Source: Candidatus Pacearchaeota archaeon (lineage in GTDB: Archaea > Nanobdellota > Nanobdellia > Pacearchaeales > GW2011-AR1). Taken from it: 64,000 nt of DNA. Within the stretch, counting starts at the first letter, position 1. Every line of letters begins with the position of its first letter. Below are positions 39,392 to 48,830 of the stretch, one piece after another. Location of the stretch: assembly GCA_009694725.1 (NCBI GenBank), contig SICV01000003.1, positions 21,381 through 85,380 on the forward strand. Direction: 5' to 3'. The position numbers were made by a program, and so were the translations under genes. The notes below the pieces were generated by a model that ran no database searches, had not been told where the DNA came from, and was given only the letters and a program-made list of their open reading frames with translations.

Positions 39392-40189
39392 ATGAATCAA
39401 AGAGGTTTGGTTGTTGTATTCTTATTGAGTCTTGTGTTTATTTCGAGTTTTGTTGCTGCTGCTGAAGGAGATTGGATTGATAATGTGAGAGAACAAGGAG
39501 GCAAGTTTATGACTAATGTTTTTGATCCTATTGCAAAGGGCCTTTTAGGCAATGTAGGTGCTGATCAGACCGATGTGTACCTTGTTAAATTCCTGCTTCT
39601 TGTGGCTTATTTTTCGATTGTCTGGGCAGTATTAAGTAAGACTGCAATTATAGGGGATAAACCAGGTACAGGTATCGTTATTTCGTTTGTTGTTGCACTG
39701 ATTGGTATTCGTTATTTGACTCCTGAAGCTATTCTTGCCGGTGCACTTTCAGCTTCTGCTACGGTGTTAGCATTGTTTATCTTTGGTACTTTTGCAGTGT
39801 TCTTTTATGTGATTCAATCGGGTGTTAAGACTCCACTTCTTAGAAAACTTGCTTGGATTATTCTTGCTGCGTGTTATGTGGGTATTTACGCTACGAGCGG
39901 CTTGGATAACCCTGCCACCTCTTGGATTTATATTACCGCTGCTGTGCTCTCAGGTGTTATCTTCTGGTTTGATGGAACCATTCAGAGTCTCTGGAATCGT
40001 GCTAAAGCAGAATCAGATGTCCGCGCAAGTGGAACCGATTCATATGAGAAGTTACTGGTTCAAGCTGAGAATATGAAACAAAATTATTTGGCTGCATTGA
40101 CGAGAGGGGATAAAGATCGTGCAAGTAAGGCAAAGGCAAAGTTAGGGCTTATTGAAAATGCGCTTGCAGAAGCTGCCAAATTATCTTAA
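39392..40189 (+). CDS. Multi-pass membrane protein, paralog 1
   Basis: Signal peptide, about 5 TMs, LIGIRYLT, RKLAW, C-terminal helical tail. Confidence 0.85.
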   Translation: MNQRGLVVVFLLSLVFISSFVAAAEGDWIDNVREQGGKFMTNVFDPIAKGLLGNVGADQTDVYLVKFLLLVAYFSIVWAVLSKTAIIGDKPGTGIVISFVVALIGIRYLTPEAILAGALSASATVLALFIFGTFAVFFYVIQSGVKTPLLRKLAWIILAACYVGIYATSGLDNPATSWIYITAAVLSGVIFWFDGTIQSLWNRAKAESDVRASGTDSYEKLLVQAENMKQNYLAALTRGDKDRASKAKAKLGLIENALAEAAKLS

Positions 40190-40452
40190 TTTTTTTTAAT
40201 TTTAATTTAAAGTAATACTTATATTGAGTGGCCGAGTTTTTTATTCTTTCATTGCTTTCTTGAAATGTTTGATTATCAGAAAATATAATTTTTAGATCAT
40301 ATAATTAAAAATACTTCTCTGATATCTGAATAATTCTGAGCGTTGGAGATGAGACTCATTGTAGTTAGTGATTTTTTTATTTTTCTTTCAAAATGGTTCT
40401 CTTTCGCTTGTTTTATAGCAATATTTAAATAGGCCCTTTTTCTATGCAGGGT

Positions 40453-41286
40453 ATGAAACAAAGAGGTTTGTTTGGATTATTATTACTTTCTTTTATTCTT
40501 GTTTCAGGTTTAGTGAGTGCAGCAGAGACTGGTAATGCCTTTAAGCCATTGTTTGATTTAGCTCAAGGTATCTATGATGGAGTTATTGGATTGCTTTCGG
40601 GACCCCTTGCTTTACTTTTAGGTGAAACAAGTGCTTCTGCCGATTTAGCGAGTAGTTATTTACCTAAATTATTGATTGCTATTTTACTTTTCAGTGTCTT
40701 TTCTCTTGTCCTTGGAAAAGCGCCTTACTTTAAAGATCACACTTCCTTTGCATGGGTGGGTAGTGCAGCTATTGCTATTCTTAGTGTACGTTTCTTAACG
40801 TATGAATTTATTCTTACCGCTATTTTACCAAACACTGCAGTTGCCATTGCGGTTACTGCTATTTTGCCGTTTATTGTATTCTTTTTTGTGACTCGTGAAT
40901 TTGTCCCTATTGCTCGTAAATTGTCGTGGGTGTTCCTTGCAGTTGTTTTCTTTGGAATGTGGCTTACCTTTGCAGAGAAACTTGGGGACATTTCGTGGAT
41001 TTACCTTGTTTTTGTAGGTTTGGCTGCACTTATGGTTATATTCGATAGAAAATTGGAAGCTCTTTGGCAACGTTTCGGGGTAGATGATATTCTTGAAACC
41101 AGAAAGATTGATGCTAAAATTGCCCTTATGAAGGATTTCGATGCTGCTCGTATATCTTATTCTTCTGGCTCAGGGATTACTAAGGCTCAGTATAAAACCA
41201 AGCTTGATACAATTATAAGATCTGCTAAAGCTTATGATTTAAGTGATGTTGAAGCTCTTGCTAAACATGCCAAGTCTACCGTTTAA
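40453..41286 (+). CDS. Multi-pass membrane protein, paralog 2
   Basis: Signal peptide, ILSVRFLT, RKLSW, WIYL..FD. Confidence 0.85.
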   Translation: MKQRGLFGLLLLSFILVSGLVSAAETGNAFKPLFDLAQGIYDGVIGLLSGPLALLLGETSASADLASSYLPKLLIAILLFSVFSLVLGKAPYFKDHTSFAWVGSAAIAILSVRFLTYEFILTAILPNTAVAIAVTAILPFIVFFFVTREFVPIARKLSWVFLAVVFFGMWLTFAEKLGDISWIYLVFVGLAALMVIFDRKLEALWQRFGVDDILETRKIDAKIALMKDFDAARISYSSGSGITKAQYKTKLDTIIRSAKAYDLSDVEALAKHAKSTV

Positions 41287-41375
41287 TTTTTTTATTTTAC
41301 ACTTTCGTTATAATTTTTTGTGCAATTATTGTTAGTTACGGAAATCTTTATAAGCTTCTTTCTCGAGTGAAGAAT

Positions 41376-42155
41376 ATGAAGAGGGTAGTTGTGTGCTGTT
41401 TCTTTTTGCTTATTAGTTTAGTATCGTTATCTTCTGTCTCTGCAGCGCCAGATATACGTGAATTATCAGGGTCTGTGGCAAAAGCATTTGTGGATATTGG
41501 AGAACCTTTATTGCAAGCACTCTTTGGTCATGAGTGGTCAGGACAGTTATTGTTTGAACGGTTTTTATTAGCGTTAGTATTAGTTGTTTTAATTTACCTT
41601 ATTTTGGGTAAGGTTCCTCTCTTTGAAGGGGACGGTCAGCAACGTATTCGTATGTGTATTGCGCTTATTGTGCCTTTGATTGGGATGCGTTACCTCGACT
41701 ATGCCTGGCTGACTTCAGTTCTCCAACAGTATGCCCTTTTAGCACTGGTATTGCTTGCGTTACTTCCTTTCCTGCTTTACTTTTACTTTTTGTATGAGAT
41801 AGCTGGAGATCATGGGATTATTCGTAAACTTGGCTGGTTGCTCTTTATTGCCTTGTATGCGGGTCTGTGGTCAACTGCACCGACCGATCGCGCAGACATT
41901 TACTTGTGGACAACGGTACTTGCCTTTGTGTGCTTGCTGGGAGATAATCTTATCTTTAGTCGGTATGAATTGCGTAAGCTCATGAAAGCTGATAGACGGT
42001 TTAAAGGTAGGGAGATTGCACGTTTACGAGATGAAATTCATGAAATCGAGGGTCAGATCGCTCGTGCAAGTATTGACGAACGAGAGGGAAGAAAAATGAT
42101 TAGTGACCTTCAGAAACACATTCATTGGTTACAAAAGCAATATGTAACTTCATAA
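41376..42155 (+). CDS. Multi-pass membrane protein, paralog 3
   Basis: Signal peptide, LIGMRYLD, RKLGW, coiled-coil tail. Confidence 0.85.
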   Translation: MKRVVVCCFFLLISLVSLSSVSAAPDIRELSGSVAKAFVDIGEPLLQALFGHEWSGQLLFERFLLALVLVVLIYLILGKVPLFEGDGQQRIRMCIALIVPLIGMRYLDYAWLTSVLQQYALLALVLLALLPFLLYFYFLYEIAGDHGIIRKLGWLLFIALYAGLWSTAPTDRADIYLWTTVLAFVCLLGDNLIFSRYELRKLMKADRRFKGREIARLRDEIHEIEGQIARASIDEREGRKMISDLQKHIHWLQKQYVTS

Positions 42156-42318
42156 GTGAAGGTATTTATCTTAACGTAATGCCCTAGGGTTTCGCTGTAG
42201 GGATACAGACAAGGCAGGATTACACTTTACAAGTAAAGTACGTTACAAATTCAGGTATCTGATGTTCGACTTTGATGGGAGTAGCAGAGATATGTAATTT
42301 GTTTATAAAAAACTATTT

Positions 42319-42570
42319 TTATACAACTTTGCGATACCCGACAATGTTATTCTTTGGGTCGTAGATAGGGACTTCAGGTTGTTGTACGGATGATGCTTTC
42401 TTGACCAGGAGGATGCCAATGACTGCAATAATGGCACCCAGGATCATGAGGGTGGTTGGAGAGAGGAATGAGGGAAGGGTGAGCTTTAATGCGGTTTGGA
42501 CGGGTTTGATACCAAGGGTAAGGACACCCAATCCGACGAGTGTAAGTGCGTAGCCAACCCCTTTGTTCAT
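42319..42570 (-). CDS. Small two-TM protein
   Basis: Two TMs, C-terminal EVPIY..IVGYR. Confidence 0.75.
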   Translation of the reverse strand: MNKGVGYALTLVGLGVLTLGIKPVQTALKLTLPSFLSPTTLMILGAIIAVIGILLVKKASSVQQPEVPIYDPKNNIVGYRKVV

Positions 42571-42606
42571 AGCTCTCTTGAGGAGTTTTTGTATATAAAT
42601 GTTCTG

Positions 42607-42876
42607 TTAGTTTAGATAGGCGTTATCATGATGTTCTATATTTGTGAAGATTATTTTATTATCTGTTTTATCATATTTGAATAATAGTACGAATGAGCCG
42701 ATATGAACACGTTTGTATTCTTTAAGTTTATTTTGTAGGTTTTTGTAATGTTCCACATTCTCTGAATGTATTATTTCGTCCATTTTGTTAAGTGTTTGTT
42801 CATAGAGCGATTTATCTTTCTTACTTAATTTTTGTAACTTTTTGCTAAGGAGCGGGAGAACATCATACTGGCGCAT
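42607..42876 (-). CDS. RelE/ParE-family toxin
   Basis: YKNL..KRVHIGSFVLLF..HHDNAY; basic 89 aa downstream of the antitoxin. Confidence 0.85.
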   Translation of the reverse strand: MRQYDVLPLLSKKLQKLSKKDKSLYEQTLNKMDEIIHSENVEHYKNLQNKLKEYKRVHIGSFVLLFKYDKTDNKIIFTNIEHHDNAYLN

Positions 42877-42877
42877 T

Positions 42878-43120
42878 TTATGCTCTTTCTACTATCCTGC
42901 GTAATTCTTGTATATTCTTAAAGGGGATTCCTTTTTCTTTTTCACTTTCTCTTACTTCTGCCACGAACTCTGGCCGTAGTTCGGGCTCGAGTTCATATTG
43001 TTCGTATGAATTGGTAATCATCGTGACTGCCTCAGATTTATTTTTAAGACCAAACTTTGCTTTGACTATGTTAATTACTCGGTCTACTCGTTCATCTACA
43101 TCAATAACACTTTGTACCAT
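42878..43120 (-). CDS. Antitoxin (DUF2683-like, RHH-like)
   Basis: RVINIVKAKFGLKNKSEA..LEPELRPEF; 1-nt gap to the toxin. Confidence 0.8.
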   Translation of the reverse strand: MVQSVIDVDERVDRVINIVKAKFGLKNKSEAVTMITNSYEQYELEPELRPEFVAEVRESEKEKGIPFKNIQELRRIVERA

Positions 43121-43154
43121 TATGAATTATAATGATTCATTATGCTTTATAATG
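43118..43154. promoter_or_regulatory. Tandem palindromic operator of the TA operon
   Basis: CATTAT-N5-ATAATG twice (43118-43134, 43138-43154) over the start codon and TATA region. Confidence 0.7.
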
Positions 43155-43201
43155 CTTTCTGTTTTTGGTAGTTTTATATATCCTGCTTCTTATATAGTGC
43201 C

Positions 43202-43975
43202 ATGGCACCGTATGATTGTCTGGGAACGATATGTTTAGTGAAGTTTCCACGAGGGACCAAGCTGCGAGAGAAGAAAGGGTTTGCTGCTTTGTTTATGCGT
43301 GAGCACCCTCGTATCACGACTGTGCTTGAGAAGACGGGTAAGATTTCGGGGCGATTACGTACGCCGACGTCGCGCTGGTTGGGTGGGGAGAAGACGAAGG
43401 AAGCATTCTATGCGGAGAATGGGTGTGTGTTTCGTTTGAATGTGGATAGTTGTTATTTTTCTCCTCGTCTTGCGGAAGAACGAAAACAGACTGCGTCGAT
43501 GGTGAAGAAAGGGGAGCGGGTGCTGGTGTTGTGTGGGGGTGTGGGGCCGTTTGCAGTGGTGATTGCAAAGGCTGGCAAGGCCACTGAAGTGGTGAGTGTG
43601 GAGTTAGGGAAGGAACCAAGTCGGTATGCGCTGGACAATGTGAAACGGAATAAAGTGAGAGTGGAAGTGGTGCAAGGTGATGTGAAGAAGGTGTTGCCGC
43701 GTTTTGTGAAGGCTCGACGCGTGTTTGATCGAATTGTGATGGCTCGTCCGAATCTTACGGATACGTTTTTGACGCCCACACTTGCCGTTGCTCGAAAGGG
43801 AACGATGATTCATTATTATGGATTTTGTCATGAAGACGGATTGGAAGGGATGAAAACTGCATTGCTTGTCGAGGGGAAGAAAGCGGGAAGGAAATTACAG
43901 ATTCAGGGTGTGAAGAAAGCGGGAGATATTGGGACGCGGAAGTATCGGTATCGTATTGACTTCGTTGTCAGATGA
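43202..43975 (+). CDS. Trm5/Taw2 (Met10+-like) tRNA methyltransferase
   Basis: ENGCVF..YFSPRL..ER, GGVGPF, DRIVM, IHYY. Confidence 0.9.
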   Translation: MAPYDCLGTICLVKFPRGTKLREKKGFAALFMREHPRITTVLEKTGKISGRLRTPTSRWLGGEKTKEAFYAENGCVFRLNVDSCYFSPRLAEERKQTASMVKKGERVLVLCGGVGPFAVVIAKAGKATEVVSVELGKEPSRYALDNVKRNKVRVEVVQGDVKKVLPRFVKARRVFDRIVMARPNLTDTFLTPTLAVARKGTMIHYYGFCHEDGLEGMKTALLVEGKKAGRKLQIQGVKKAGDIGTRKYRYRIDFVVR

Positions 43976-43989
43976 AGGAAAAGTATTAC

Positions 43990-44232
43990 TTACTGTAATC
44001 GCGATAATTGTGTTGTAGGTACGTCTTGATAGGGGATGGTTGCTTGTAATTTATGTGCTCTTCGCGGTTGTAATCTGGAGAGTTCTCTGAATTCTCGTTC
44101 ATAGGCACGGATGTGGGCAGAGGCGTTGAAAAACGGTTCTTCTGCATCGTACAGTTCACGTGCTTCTTGTTCTAGTGCTTTTTGTGTTGCGGTGCTTCCT
44201 TTGCCGTGCGGAAAGAGATAGAGTTCAGGCAT
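43990..44232 (-). CDS. Small hypothetical protein
   Basis: 80-aa ORF 5 nt downstream of the HerA-like gene. Confidence 0.45.
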   Translation of the reverse strand: MPELYLFPHGKGSTATQKALEQEARELYDAEEPFFNASAHIRAYEREFRELSRLQPRRAHKLQATIPYQDVPTTQLSRLQ

Positions 44233-44237
44233 GTTGT

Positions 44238-45539
44238 TTAGAGTTGCAAATCGGCTTTTATAGCTGTGGGTGCTTCACCGCCGTGCCAGGTGAAACGAGG
44301 ACGGACACGCATGGGATAGAGGCGTTCAGAGTTGTCGTCGAGTACGAGTGCTGCTCCTTTGACCGGAGGGAGATCATCCATTGCTTGTTTGAGAGAAGAA
44401 AGAAGATAGGATTGCATCATGGATTGGAGTGCTTCAACGTCTGCCGTTGCAGTCACGCGATGGGCAATGACAATATCTGCTTGGGAGAGAACGTCGGTGT
44501 GAATTTTTCCTGGTTGTTGGGTGGCGAGTACAAGGGAGAGTCCGGGTTGACGCCCTTCGCGTAGGACTTGGATGAGTGCATCGGTGGCAGGTGTTTTTTC
44601 ATCTTTGGGAAGAAATTCATGGGCTTCATCAATGAAGAGCCAGACGAGTGGGTCTTGCGTGGATGATTTATAGGAAAGATAGTCTTGTCCGTGTTGGAGG
44701 GCGTAGCGCTCTTCTTGTTTTCTACTTTCCATTCTACTGATAAAAATCTTACGCGTGATGATGCTGATGACTAATGCACGGATGTTGAATGCTCCGATGG
44801 AACTATAGACTGAGGTGTCGATGACCGTTGTTTTACCCGGGGGGATGAGTTCTTTGATAGTCGTTCCTTGTGGTGTTTCAGAGAAGACGCCCCATTGAGA
44901 TGCTGCTTTGAATAAGGAGCTGACTATATTTTTTGTTTCGGGTGTTGCCTTTGTATCGTGTTCAAGTAAGGCTTGGAGTTCGGTGAGTGTGTAATCAGTT
45001 GGGGCTTGGGCAAGCGTATTCTGAATGAGGACGCCTGCAGGACTGGTGAGGGAGAGGTTGAAGAGCGTGATCCAATCTTCTGCCTGGAGTTCAGATGCAG
45101 CGAGGGCAAAAGTGGCATCGAAGGGTATATTATTGCGTTGATAGACCTCTGTTTTTCCTGCCGGGACGAGGACAGTGATAGGGAGCGATTTTGTTTCTAA
45201 GTTCCATTCTTTCAATAAGGGGGCGTCTTTTTCATTTTTGAATTTCATGGTCCAGAAGATACCCATCGTATCGAAGATGAGTGAGGAAATATTGCGTGCT
45301 GTTTCGGAAGGAAGACAGGCAAGTTCTTCAGCGATTGTGCCCACAGAGTAAGACTTGCCACTTCCACGTTTGCCCGCGATAAGGATAACATGTGAACGCG
45401 CAACATCAACTTTGATCGTATTTGAGAGTGACGTGTAAGTGCCCATCTTCACATACCCTTTCCCGAGATAGATGAGTCCGCGATTGCCGAATCGCTGTTT
45501 ATCGGAAGTATCCCGTCCTATTATCACGTCTATTCCCAT
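44238..45539 (-). CDS. HerA/FtsK-superfamily ATPase (DUF87)
   Basis: AGKRGSGKS, FDTMG, LFIDEAH, REGRQPG, ATQQP. Confidence 0.9.
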   Translation of the reverse strand: MGIDVIIGRDTSDKQRFGNRGLIYLGKGYVKMGTYTSLSNTIKVDVARSHVILIAGKRGSGKSYSVGTIAEELACLPSETARNISSLIFDTMGIFWTMKFKNEKDAPLLKEWNLETKSLPITVLVPAGKTEVYQRNNIPFDATFALAASELQAEDWITLFNLSLTSPAGVLIQNTLAQAPTDYTLTELQALLEHDTKATPETKNIVSSLFKAASQWGVFSETPQGTTIKELIPPGKTTVIDTSVYSSIGAFNIRALVISIITRKIFISRMESRKQEERYALQHGQDYLSYKSSTQDPLVWLFIDEAHEFLPKDEKTPATDALIQVLREGRQPGLSLVLATQQPGKIHTDVLSQADIVIAHRVTATADVEALQSMMQSYLLSSLKQAMDDLPPVKGAALVLDDNSERLYPMRVRPRFTWHGGEAPTAIKADLQL

Positions 45540-45795
45540 GAGTGCTTCACGGGGAAGGAGTTATTAAAACTAGTGGACACGAGAATCTATTTAAGGGTTC
45601 AGATAGGTTATTCGAGTTGGTTGTTCAGTATTCAGTACGGATACCATTCCCCCCCTTAGGAAGCAGTATCTTGTTCCCTGTATTTATTATCCCCCTAGTT
45701 CTTACAATCCCTTTGTTCCGGTTTTTGGCACTCGACATGAAGACGCTGAACTCATTGGATTTCCGCAAGAACATTTTCATTATGACTTTCGATTT

Positions 45796-46200
45796 ATGTC
45801 CGACGATCAACTGCGCGTCATCACGTTATTTTCTCGTTTGTCCTCACAAGGAGAATTGTCTTTAGAACAGCTTCTCCCCTGTCTTATGAATTGTGTTAAT
45901 ACTCGTTCGGAGTCAGTTGTTCTTAGATCGAAATTGTGTTATTATACAATGCCTGTGTTTCAGTCTCACCATGTGGGTGGGCCCTATCCAGGGCCCTATC
46001 ACTTTATGCGTGCGTTAGAAGAAGCGTATCGCGATACGCACGTCACTTGTGGAAAATGTCCGCATCGAGTGATGGATTTACAGGGAGTTCCTACCGATAG
46101 AGAGAGACGAAAAGTGTGCCCGCCCATGGCTTGTGTCGGGATCCAGAGGAAACAGTTGTTCCACGAGTATTTTTGTAATGTATTTGTTCAATCTCCATAA
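45796..46200 (+). CDS. Cys-rich hypothetical protein
   Basis: CGKCPH and CPPMAC among 9 Cys. Confidence 0.45.
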   Translation: MSDDQLRVITLFSRLSSQGELSLEQLLPCLMNCVNTRSESVVLRSKLCYYTMPVFQSHHVGGPYPGPYHFMRALEEAYRDTHVTCGKCPHRVMDLQGVPTDRERRKVCPPMACVGIQRKQLFHEYFCNVFVQSP

Positions 46201-46232
46201 CCTTTTTATACCCCCTTTCAATCTTGTGTAGT

Positions 46233-47255
46233 ATGGAACATGGTAAAAAAGCGGTGAAGCACATAGATCATGCAGCTCATTCGACTCATTCTTCTTCAGA
46301 TTCTATTGAAATTCCTATCGGTAAATGGATGCATGCAGTGAAATCAAATGGGTGGGTTGCTGCTACATTGCTTCTTGCGATTTTTTCGATTGTGTTAGTC
46401 ATTATCCATGTACGCGGAGGAACTTCTTCTGCCACCAGTACAGGTGATGAAGCTGCTCAAGCGTTAATTTCATTTATTACCCAGCAAGGATCTGATGCTA
46501 CGTTAGTTAGTGTGATGCAAGAAGGGGCATTGTATAAGGTTACCTTGTCTATTGATGGTCAAACTGCCCCTATTTATGTGACATTGGATGGTAAATATGC
46601 GGTTCCTCAACCAATTCCTATTGATGGTTCGGCTCCTGCTGGTGGAACGACGCCTCCTCGTGGAACGACTCCTCCTTCTTCTGATCCGGTTACAGTTGAT
46701 ATTGCTGGTAGTCCTGTGTTGGGACAAGCGAATGCTCCGGTGACAATTGTTGAGTTTTCTGATTATCAATGTCCTTTCTGTCGTAAATTCTGGAGTGATG
46801 CTTATACGCAATTGAAGACAGACTATATTGCTACTGGGAAAGTTAAGTTAGTGTTTAAGGATTATCCTCTTGATTTCCACCCTATGGCTTTGAAGACTGC
46901 TGAAGCGGTTCGTTGTGTTCGAGATCAGAAGAAGGATGCAGGTTATTTTGCATTCCATGATAAAGTATTTGAGGAACAAATGAAACTTGATGGGGGTACT
47001 GTAAAAAGTACTGTTACCTATACCATTGATGATTTGAAGAAATGGGCTAAAGAACTAGGCGGTATTAATATGGTTACCTTCGCTAGTTGTTTGGATTCAG
47101 GTAAGTATACCGAAGCAGTTAAAGCTGATCAAGTCTATGGTCAACAACTAGGTATTTCAGGCACCCCTGGATTCTTTATCAATGGGCGTGTTCTTGAAGG
47201 GGCTCAACCCTTTGCGGCCTTTAAGAGATTGATTGATGCAGAGCTTGCTGCATGA
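46233..47255 (+). CDS. Membrane-anchored DsbA/thioredoxin-fold oxidoreductase
   Basis: TM, Pro/Thr linker, EFSDYQCPFC, cis-Pro GISGTPGFFING, GAQP. Confidence 0.93.
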   Translation: MEHGKKAVKHIDHAAHSTHSSSDSIEIPIGKWMHAVKSNGWVAATLLLAIFSIVLVIIHVRGGTSSATSTGDEAAQALISFITQQGSDATLVSVMQEGALYKVTLSIDGQTAPIYVTLDGKYAVPQPIPIDGSAPAGGTTPPRGTTPPSSDPVTVDIAGSPVLGQANAPVTIVEFSDYQCPFCRKFWSDAYTQLKTDYIATGKVKLVFKDYPLDFHPMALKTAEAVRCVRDQKKDAGYFAFHDKVFEEQMKLDGGTVKSTVTYTIDDLKKWAKELGGINMVTFASCLDSGKYTEAVKADQVYGQQLGISGTPGFFINGRVLEGAQPFAAFKRLIDAELAA

Positions 47256-47635
47256 AACTTGCAGAATTGAAGGCAGGACAGGGTAAAGTTGATATCATGG
47301 TCACTGTTACTGCGAAAGGTGACCCTCGTTCATTTGATAAATATGGTAAACAATTACGTGTGTGCAATGCAACTGTGAGTGATGGGGAAAGTGATATGAC
47401 GTTGAGTTTATGGAATGATGAAATCGACACGGTGAGCGTTGGGGCACAATTACAGATTGCGAATGGGTATGTGTCTGAATTTCAAGGGAAGAAGCAATTA
47501 AGTGCAGGTAAATTTGGTAAATTAAGTGTTGTGGGTGCGGAAGATGCTGATGCTGCTGCTACACCTGCAAAATCTGCGAAACCAGCCAAGGCAAAACCTG
47601 CTCCTGCCTCTTCTGAAGACGAAATGGCTTTCTAA
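47252..47635 (+). CDS. Single OB-fold ssDNA-binding protein
   Basis: D..MTLSLWN, NGYVSEFQG..QL..GKFG, acidic tail EDEMAF. Confidence 0.88.
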   Translation: MKLAELKAGQGKVDIMVTVTAKGDPRSFDKYGKQLRVCNATVSDGESDMTLSLWNDEIDTVSVGAQLQIANGYVSEFQGKKQLSAGKFGKLSVVGAEDADAAATPAKSAKPAKAKPAPASSEDEMAF

Positions 47636-47682
47636 GTATTTTTTACCATAACCTTTATTAATCTAGGTTCTGTATCTTTGCT

Positions 47683-48162
47683 ATGAATAGTTCTCTTACC
47701 CGTCGCGCTTTCTTAGGATCTGCTGCGCTTGGGGCTGGAGCTTTAGTAGTTGCCCCCTCGTCTCTTGTTCCTGCTTCTTTTGCTGAGCAGATTACTGCTA
47801 CTCCTCTATATGCTCATTTAGCGGAACATATGGGTGCGCCTCTTTCCTTTCAACCCGCTAAACCTATGGAAATCATTGGTATGATGCGCAGACATAGAGA
47901 TTCTCAGTTTGCTATGTTGAATCTTTGTATTAGGCATGAACAAGATGCAGAGTCTGTTGGAAGATTTATTTCTTTGGAGACATCCAAAGGTCTTCAATTT
48001 TCTTATTTGGGCGATTTTCCTCATCCTGATTGGCAACGTCCTCGTATCCCGTTAGTTGATTATGTTCATTTTATCCAGTATCCAGATGGTAGAATTACTA
48101 AACGTTATCTTGAGCCTGCATTGCCTGGGCGACCTTCTCTCGATGCTGTTCCCTTTCTCTAG
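47683..48162 (+). CDS. Twin-arginine signal peptide protein
   Basis: SLTRRAFLG followed by a hydrophobic h-region and SFA cleavage-like site. Confidence 0.7.
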   Translation: MNSSLTRRAFLGSAALGAGALVVAPSSLVPASFAEQITATPLYAHLAEHMGAPLSFQPAKPMEIIGMMRRHRDSQFAMLNLCIRHEQDAESVGRFISLETSKGLQFSYLGDFPHPDWQRPRIPLVDYVHFIQYPDGRITKRYLEPALPGRPSLDAVPFL

Positions 48163-48197
48163 GAAATCTTTATAATCTCTCTTCTGGTGGGTTGCTT

Positions 48198-48800
48198 ATG
48201 ATTACCTTACCGAAGTTACCGTATGCCTATACCGCGCTTGTGCCCTTTATAGATGCCACAACGATGGAGATTCATCATACCAAGCATCATCAGACGTATG
48301 TGGATAAGCTGAATGAGGCATTGAGCAAGCATCCTTCTCTGGGGAAACAACCCGTTGAAGAACTACTTTCTGATCTTGAGAATGTGCCTGCGGATATTCG
48401 GGTGGCTGTACGAAATCATGGTGGCGGGCACGTGAATCATTCATTGTTTTGGGAAATTCTTAGTCCGAAGACACAGACGATACCCCACGCATTTGAGAAA
48501 CTTTTGATTGAAGCGTTTGGAAGCGTGGAGAAGTTTCAAGAACAATTTACTGTTGCTGCGTTGGCTCGATTTGGGAGTGGGTGGGCATGGTTGGTGGTTG
48601 AAGAAGGTTCTTTACATGTATATTCTACAGCTAATCAAGATTCTCCTTTGATGGAAGGAAAGATTCCGATTTTAGGACTGGACGTATGGGAACATGCCTA
48701 TTATTTAACCTATCAGAATAAACGTGCGGACTATGTGAAGTTATTTTGGAATCATGTCAATTGGGATAAAGTCTATGGGTTATATCACGCAACGCAGTAA
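48198..48800 (+). CDS. sod: Fe/Mn superoxide dismutase
   Basis: [30 protein letters not shown]. Confidence 0.97.
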   Translation: MITLPKLPYAYTALVPFIDATTMEIHHTKHHQTYVDKLNEALSKHPSLGKQPVEELLSDLENVPADIRVAVRNHGGGHVNHSLFWEILSPKTQTIPHAFEKLLIEAFGSVEKFQEQFTVAALARFGSGWAWLVVEEGSLHVYSTANQDSPLMEGKIPILGLDVWEHAYYLTYQNKRADYVKLFWNHVNWDKVYGLYHATQ

Positions 48801-48830
48801 TCTCTTTAAAGGTCTAAAGTAAGTAGTGGT

